This document shows positions 57,839 through 64,000 of a stretch of DNA of 64,000 bases, in pieces. Position numbers and translations under genes: made by a program. The notes below the pieces were generated by a model. It was given only the letters and a program-made list of their open reading frames with translations, searched no databases and was not told the origin of the DNA. How positions within the stretch are numbered: position 1 is the stretch's first letter; every line of letters begins with the position of its first letter. Origin of the DNA: Carcharhinus longimanus (Eukaryota); the NCBI GenBank assembly GCA_030264375.1, contig JASCQW010000146.1:23694115-23758114 (forward strand). The letters run 5' to 3'.

Positions 57839-58167
57839 ACATGCATGGAGGGAAAGACAATCCACTGGAGTCCTGGAACTACCATCCCGTTATCAGTTAT
57901 GTGCAGCAGACAGGGGTAGAGCAGCCTCTGGCAGTATCTGCGGAGGAGGAGGGGCAATGCATATCAGGCAATAATACCTCATAGCCCAAAGTTTCCAACC
58001 ATCCCCACTTCTATTCCCTTTGATTGTGTTAGTGAATCCAACGCCAGCCATCCATTAAGATACATTTTTAAATGTGGTTCCTACTTTAATAATAAAAGTA
58101 TGCTGGGTGCCTCAAAAGTGAGACTAATTTTGAATTGCTCTAACAAAACACTTCCACGATAAAATAA

Positions 58168-58302
58168 ATAAAAGCAACATATTGCAGATGCTGAAAATCT
58201 GAAATAGAAACAGAAAATGCTGGGAAAACTCAGCAGATCTGGCTGTATCTGTGGAGAGAGAAACAAGGGTTAACGTTTCAAGTCAGTATGATTCTTCACA
58301 GA
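58168..58302 (-). mobile_element. Penelope-like-derived short repeat
   Basis: GCAGATGCTGAAAATCTGAAAT..CAGAAAATGCTGG..GTTAACGTTTC; related copies at ~21265-21365 and ~41110-41230. Confidence 0.55.
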
Positions 58303-59407
58303 TATGATGGGCTGAATGGACCTTATCTTTGCTGTGACCTTCAACAGTTCTACATGAAATCTTTCCTTCCTTTCATTGTTCTAATCCTTCAGGGAAGTCC
58401 TCTGGTACGTATATTGACCAGGCCAGAAACATCACCTTACTCTCTAGACAAACCCACAAGCGACTGAGGTCGATCATTCCTTAGTCTGAACCATGTGGGG
58501 AATTCAGCAGACACACTGTTTAACCATTGGCCCCATACACACACACACATGCACAAAACCCCTTGTCTGGTGGCTTCAAGAATGAAAAAGTTTAGGTCCT
58601 CTGTGAAAAATGGCTTTTCACACCCCTGCCCCTATAGTCAGTGGTTGCAGGTTAGCAGGACAAGTGAACCACATTGCACGACACAGCCATTCATCCACAA
58701 TCACATCCTATTACAATGTATGTACATAGAAACAGACCACTGGGTATTTATATTATTCTGGTTTCTGCTCGGGTTTATACTCCACCTGAGCTTTGTCCTT
58801 GTTGATCTAACCTTTCAGTGGCCGCATCCTCACAAACTTGCCTGCTAAGCTGAATTTCTACAGCACAATTTGGCTGACTGTTGATGTGAGGCTAAAGTCA
58901 TCCTGGGAATTTTTTTGCTGATTATTTGAATCAATTGACTTTGCAAGATTGAGCAGTGTGTCACCTTGCAGCACTTTTGCTTAACTGCACTGGCATCTAT
59001 AACACTCCTGGCATGTATTTTGCTGAGATTGTATTCAGTTCCTTGTGCGATACATTCTCCAATCACCAGTTAGACTTTAAATTTTCCTTTAAATCTAAAA
59101 GTCACGACTGTTCTATATGATTAAGCATCTTAAATTATTTTTCCATGCATTTCACTTCATCAATTGACCCATTCCAGATCTAACATAATGGAATCCTCTC
59201 TGTAAAGGATTTTAATGGATCGCAGGTGAAATGAATATTGAATATTTCAATAAATATTAATGACAGTGAATGTTAAATTTTAGTGTCGTAAAGATTGATG
59301 TTAGTCTTCAGTTCAATATCAGCATTTTCAGCATATTTCCGTCAGATTTTCAGGAACGAAAAAAAGTGAAAAGTAATAGGAAAGAAAAGGAATTGGAAAT
59401 AAAATGT

Positions 59408-60519
59408 GGGCTGTGATTCTCCCATCTTGCTGTGTTAGTTTTTTTAGCACAGTGGGCTGGGAGTCTCTTGCCAACTTGTGAGGTTTGTGTTGCATTCGCA
59501 CCCTGCTAGCATCTCCCAGTGCCGTATTCTGGTGGCATCTCCTCCACACCGGAAATCAGCAGGGACGGGCAAAGAGAATTTACATAGGCATCTGAATATC
59601 ATTTGTGGTCCCAGGACTGAAATCTCTGGACCCGCGAGCCTCTCCCCTCCCTATCCACAGTATTTCACTCCAGTGGGAATTACATTAGCTCCCCACTTTC
59701 AGGGAACTAGAGGCCTGACCCTGTTGGAATGAAGGAGGGGCAATCGGGGCCTCTAGAGGGTCAGGCAGTGGGGTGCTGCCCCCTGGGCATTGGCACCTAG
59801 GCAGTGCCAGCCTGTGCACCCTGGCGCTGCCCAAGAAAGTGCCAGTGCCCAAAGGCTATCCTGGCACTGCCCATTGGGCATGGGGTGGTGCCAAGGGGCA
59901 TGACCTATGGGGGATCTGGGGGGGGTACAACGCCTGGTGGGGCAATCGGTGATGGTGGGGGTGGNNNNNNNNNNNNNNNNNNNNNNNNNNNNNNNNNNNN
60001 NNNNNNNNNNNNNNNNNNNNNNNNNNNNNNNNNNNNNNNNNNNNNNNNNNNNNNNNNNNNNNNNNNNNNNNNNNNNNNNNNNNNNNNNNNNNNNNNNNNN
60101 NNNNNNNNNNNNNNNNNNNNNNNNNNNNNNNNNNNNNNNNNNNNNNNNNNNNNNNNNNNNNNNNNNNNNNNNNNNNNNNNNNNNNNNNNNNNNNNNNNNN
60201 NNNNNNNNNNNNNNNNNNNNNNNNNNNNNNNNNNNNNNNNNNNNNNNNNNNNNNNNNNNNNNNNNNNNNNNNNNNNNNNNNNNNNNNNNNNNNNNNNNNN
60301 NNNNNNNNNNNNNNNNNNNNNNNNNNNNNNNNNNNNNNNNNNNNNNNNNNNNNNNNNNNNNNNNNNNNNNNNNNNNNNNNNNNNNNNNNNNNNNNNNNNN
60401 NNGCCAGTGACTTCTGCAGTGCGCAGAGCGTGGGAGATTCTTCACTGTGGAAACAACGGGAATTACTCCAGTTTTCTTGCGAATACGACACTTAGAATCT
60501 TTTGAGAGAATTCTGTCCC
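59408..60519 (-). mobile_element. GC-rich non-autonomous DNA-transposon-like element(s) spanning a 438-N gap
   Basis: Ends GGGCTGTGATTCTCCC / GAGAGAATTCTGTCCC; the right end is the inverse of 8148-8215. Confidence 0.55.
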
Positions 60520-60549
60520 TGATATCCATGACGGTACTAATTTCCTTAC

Positions 60550-60661
60550 CAAAATCAATGACCCGTTGCTTGACTGTGTGTTGTCGGGAATGCCAATGTT
60601 TCCAATACTTCACTTGTTCCTCCGGAGTCTTTGCATTGTCAAAAACAGCCATAATCATACT
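60550..60661 (-). CDS. GRHL3: GRHL3 coding exon (112 nt; most 5' exon in the window)
   Basis: TCTTCTTCTATGTAG|[37 protein letters not shown]|GTAAGG; VFDN and WKHWHSRQ are GRHL3-type. Confidence 0.97.
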
Positions 60662-60826
60662 CTACATAGAAGAAGATAGTAATAGATCACTTAGTTATGG
60701 AACACTTTTCTGAAGCAAACCCTCAAAATGCAAGCAAAGGACAGGTTGGGAAGTACTGGAATTCAGGGCGTTATCTTCTGTACCGAAGTCTAAGTTCAGT
60801 GGTGGATGTGGAAGTGTGAGTGATTG

Positions 60827-61540
60827 TGTGATGATACTGTGTCTTTAAGTAATGTATTTGAACTATGTTCTTATGCAGGGTCTGTTGTAGCAGTTCTATG
60901 CACTCGATGTCATTGTGTCTGTTCTGTATTGTTGCTGCAGAAACATAATTGCTTCTAATGGTGAAAATGTTGGTTTAAATCTGAACTAGCGCTGCTCTGC
61001 TATTCTCCCTTGGGATTTCACAGAGTAGGGCTTCATTGGGATGAATGACACGTGTGGTCATATGCCGGGGAAGCTCATACAGAATAGTCAAGTTTAGTTA
61101 CTGTGTGCAAAGTTGAGAGAGAGCAGTGTCTTTTTTTGCCCCTCTCCGAAGTTGGAGACGAGAATCTGCCAGGAGCTAAGTCTCTTTTTTTGAGATTCAA
61201 CTGTTTGAGAGCTTTTTTTCTTTAAGAATTGCTCTTTTAGAAACTGCTGTCTGAATCTCTGTCCAGACCTGTTAAAAAGCTAAAACTCCAGCCTCACATG
61301 AGCATATTTGTTTTTTTGTGCGAAATAGTTCTGAAGAAAGGTGTACACCTAGAGGGTATTGCTTTACCTTGGAACAACAGAGATAGCTAGTTGTTAAGGA
61401 TTGTATTTTGTCATGTCTAAGTATTTTAATTGGAAAAAGTTGTGCTAATTCTTTTTCCTATATTCTAATTGTGTTCTTAAATTAAGTTTACTTTGATAAA
61501 AACTTCCTATTGAATCATTTGTTTCATACCTGGAGTGAAT
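60827..61540 (+). mobile_element. Possible degenerate LTR
   Basis: T-rich non-coding block resembling 6523-7608 in composition; termini not resolved. Confidence 0.3.
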
Positions 61541-62409
61541 CTACTGTATATAAATGTACGTTGATGGTCCGGAACTTCTTGGAAACTTGTACTGACATGT
61601 CTATACTATGGAGACGTTAAAAAAGGTGCCACAAACTGGCATCTGCACCTCACCATGTTGTCCATTTGAACCACCCTGCCTGCACCCTCACCAGAGTAGT
61701 GAGAGGTTGATTTGTCATAGTGGTAACCACACTGAAATCAATGAATTTCCTGGGCTAACTCCAGTTTTCACATTGTTGGCGTTTAGACAGGAAAACAACG
61801 GGGTGGGTGCCATGGCATGATGGGGAAGACAGTTCATGTGAAACTGCTTGTAACTTTTGTAAATGCGAAAAGCCGATTTCAGGTGACGTCCTTGTCATTC
61901 TTCAAATGAGGATGAGCGTGAACTCAAACTTTTCATGTTAGAAAAGATTAATGACGGATGACTGCTTACTGTTGACTTTGGATAGTTATTGTGTTATTGC
62001 ATTGTCAGGGTAAACTAATGGAAATGGCGTCTGATAACATTGGATGCTGAGCAACTGTACATCGTACATTCTAAACTACAAATGATCCTTTGGATGATAG
62101 AGCACGAACTGAAGCTTTACAGTTTAAACATGTCACCTTTCAACATGCTTTACTGAATTTAACCCACACACACAGCACCTGTGAGAAGAACAGCCCCATT
62201 TTTATTTTTGGGCCTGGGGCCTACTTCAAAGGGGCCCACCCCAATCATCATCTGTTCCCTCCACACATATGGACTGAACCATTTGGAGCTGCCACCATTT
62301 TCTGTTGTTACTTTGCAGACCTCCAGCATTTCAACTTTTTGCTTTCTGAAGGCAAAAATTCAGTTAGCATTCCAATAGAGGATCCCGCCCATCGCCACAC
62401 TGCAAGAAG

Positions 62410-62872
62410 GGTGTGGTCACACTCGGAAAGGTGCAGGGGAGATTCTCCAGGATGTTGCCTGAGATGGAGCATTTCAGCTATGAGGAGAGGCTAGTTAGGC
62501 TGGGGCTGTTTTCCTTAGAGCAGAGAGGACCACATTAAGGTGTACAAAACTATGTGGGACATAGACAGGGTAGATAGGAAGAAACTTAGGGGAGTCTGTA
62601 CTTGGGGGGGCAGGGGGTTGGGGGTGGGGATAGATTTAAGGTAAGGTAAAGGGGATGTAGAGGGGATTTGAGGAAAAATCTTTTCACCCAGAAGGTGATG
62701 GGAATCTAATAAAGGTGGGAACCCTCACAACATTTAAGAAACATTTAGATGAGTGTTTGAAATGCCATAGTATATAAGGCTATGTACCCAGTGCTGGAAA
62801 ATGGAATTAGAATAGAGAGACCAGCATAGGCACAATGGGCCAAAGGGCCTCCTCTATGCTGTAAAACTCTAT
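62410..62872 (+). mobile_element. CR1 LINE 3' portion
   Basis: RMLPEMEHFSYEERLVRLGLFSLEQR, and a tail ATGGGCCAAAGGGCCTCCTCTATGCTGTA similar to the HE1 tail. Confidence 0.85.
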
Positions 62873-63572
62873 TTTCAATCCTAAATTATGAAGTTGTCAG
62901 TTTATGACAATAGTTTACAATAGCCTGATTTGCCCGAGTAATAAATTCCTCCACAGTATCCAAGACTGAATGAACTGAATGAACTGTTTCAGGAGATTTT
63001 AACCAACAATCACCAATTAAGAAAGCTATAGGTTTCTCGAATCCAGAAAGAAATATTGTTGGCATTCAGATCCAGTATTGTAATACTTTCCATGCAAATG
63101 ATAAATTAAAATCAAAAAAACCCTACAAAAGATAACACCTAAAATATTGTTTGACGTTGGGATTATGGAGATTGCTAAAGTCGTGATGAGGCACAAGTGA
63201 CTTACTTCATAGACCACCCTCCAGTCCAAGCTGCTTTCCCATCATGTGTTGCCTTAGCAAAAGCTCCTTTTCAAACTTACGTGATTCCATCTGGTGATCT
63301 CCCTTTGCTCACTGGGCAAGTGGAAGTATCACTAAGAAATATAACTGTGAGTGCTGACACATCACACTTAGCTTTCAAATCTGCTGTGACTCGTTTTCAC
63401 CTTGGTAAAAGAATTGATTCAAAATGTTCCTACATTTGAACCCTCTGCCTTACTTTAGAAAATACAGGAGCTTCATAATAAATGTGGCATATAAGCATAG
63501 ATCTTGCTTTATGAGACGGGCGCCATAAGTGTTTGGTAAAACCCTCTTTTTTAAGGGTGGAGAAAGGTCATT

Positions 63573-63831
63573 GGGGCACAGTCCATTCATGCCACACTCC
63601 CACTGCAATGAGGTTGAAGAATTTGGAAGCCAGCCAAATCTCTGTTCACTGCTGCAGGATGGGAAAATCCCATCTGCACAAATAGTGGTAAGATTCAAAC
63701 GGAATTCTCCAATCTCATCCACGGCTGGGATTCTCCGGCCCCACTGCTCTAAATGTGGGTTTACGTGAGCACTAAATTCTCTGTTCTCGCTGGCAGCAGT
63801 GACAGGGCATACGACGTTGGAGAATTTCAGC
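63573..63831. mobile_element. Two adjacent MITE-like elements in opposite orientation
   Basis: 63573-63695 resembles 19562-19674; 63700-63831 is a reverse copy of the 191-664 family monomer. Confidence 0.55.
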
Positions 63832-64000
63832 TGTTATTTCCATTGTAAGGATGTTGTGTAAAAGTAAGACAATAATGTGAAACGGCCATGATCTGCATGG
63901 TAACATTCTGTGTTTGCCAACGATTAGAAACTGCTTGGGAACCTTTTCTTTCCCCATGAAAAGCAGATCTCTCATCTGGATATATGTCCAGTCCATACAT

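Noticed and set aside
59753-60658. 301-aa ORF beginning with GRHL sequence
   Set aside because: Only 60550-60661 is exon; the rest reads through the donor site into a repeat and an N-gap.
63281-63380. Candidate next-upstream GRHL3 exon (donor-like GTAAGT at ~63280)
   Set aside because: The translation does not resemble the expected GQFYPVTL..KVK segment; that exon probably lies beyond the window.

Overview
Eukaryotic genomic DNA from a fragmented draft assembly with ten N-gaps. It is almost certainly a shark: HE1-type V-SINEs, CR1, Rex1/Babar and Penelope-like repeats dominate, and a carcharhiniform/triakid species is an inference. Two genes converge tail-to-tail. On +, the last coding exon of STPG1 lies at 1410-1483. 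On -, ten coding exons form the 3' half of the grainyhead-like transcription factor GRHL3 (60661 down to the stop at 14978-14980). They have canonical GT-AG ends and splice into one 978-nt frame (325 aa + stop); the 5' exons lie beyond base 64000. The rest is intron/intergenic DNA packed with SINEs, LINE fragments, solo LTRs and MITE-like elements. Most six-frame ORFs are spurious or decayed LINE ORF2. There are no prokaryotic systems (CRISPR, rRNA, operons) and no clearly novel gene system. The most notable observations: (1) a perfect spacer-less 2.9-kb palindrome at 9318-12251, which target-site evidence suggests is an assembly fold-back at a Penelope-like element; (2) a Cys-to-Val change in the conserved FCDKGAERK DNA-binding motif of GRHL3 that looks like a paired indel; (3) a ~182-bp inverted local duplication patched into a CR1; (4) a long intronic hairpin; (5) a MITE whose right arm has expanded into a minisatellite. 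Family and gene names come from my recognition of the sequences, not from database searches; repeat boundaries are approximate.
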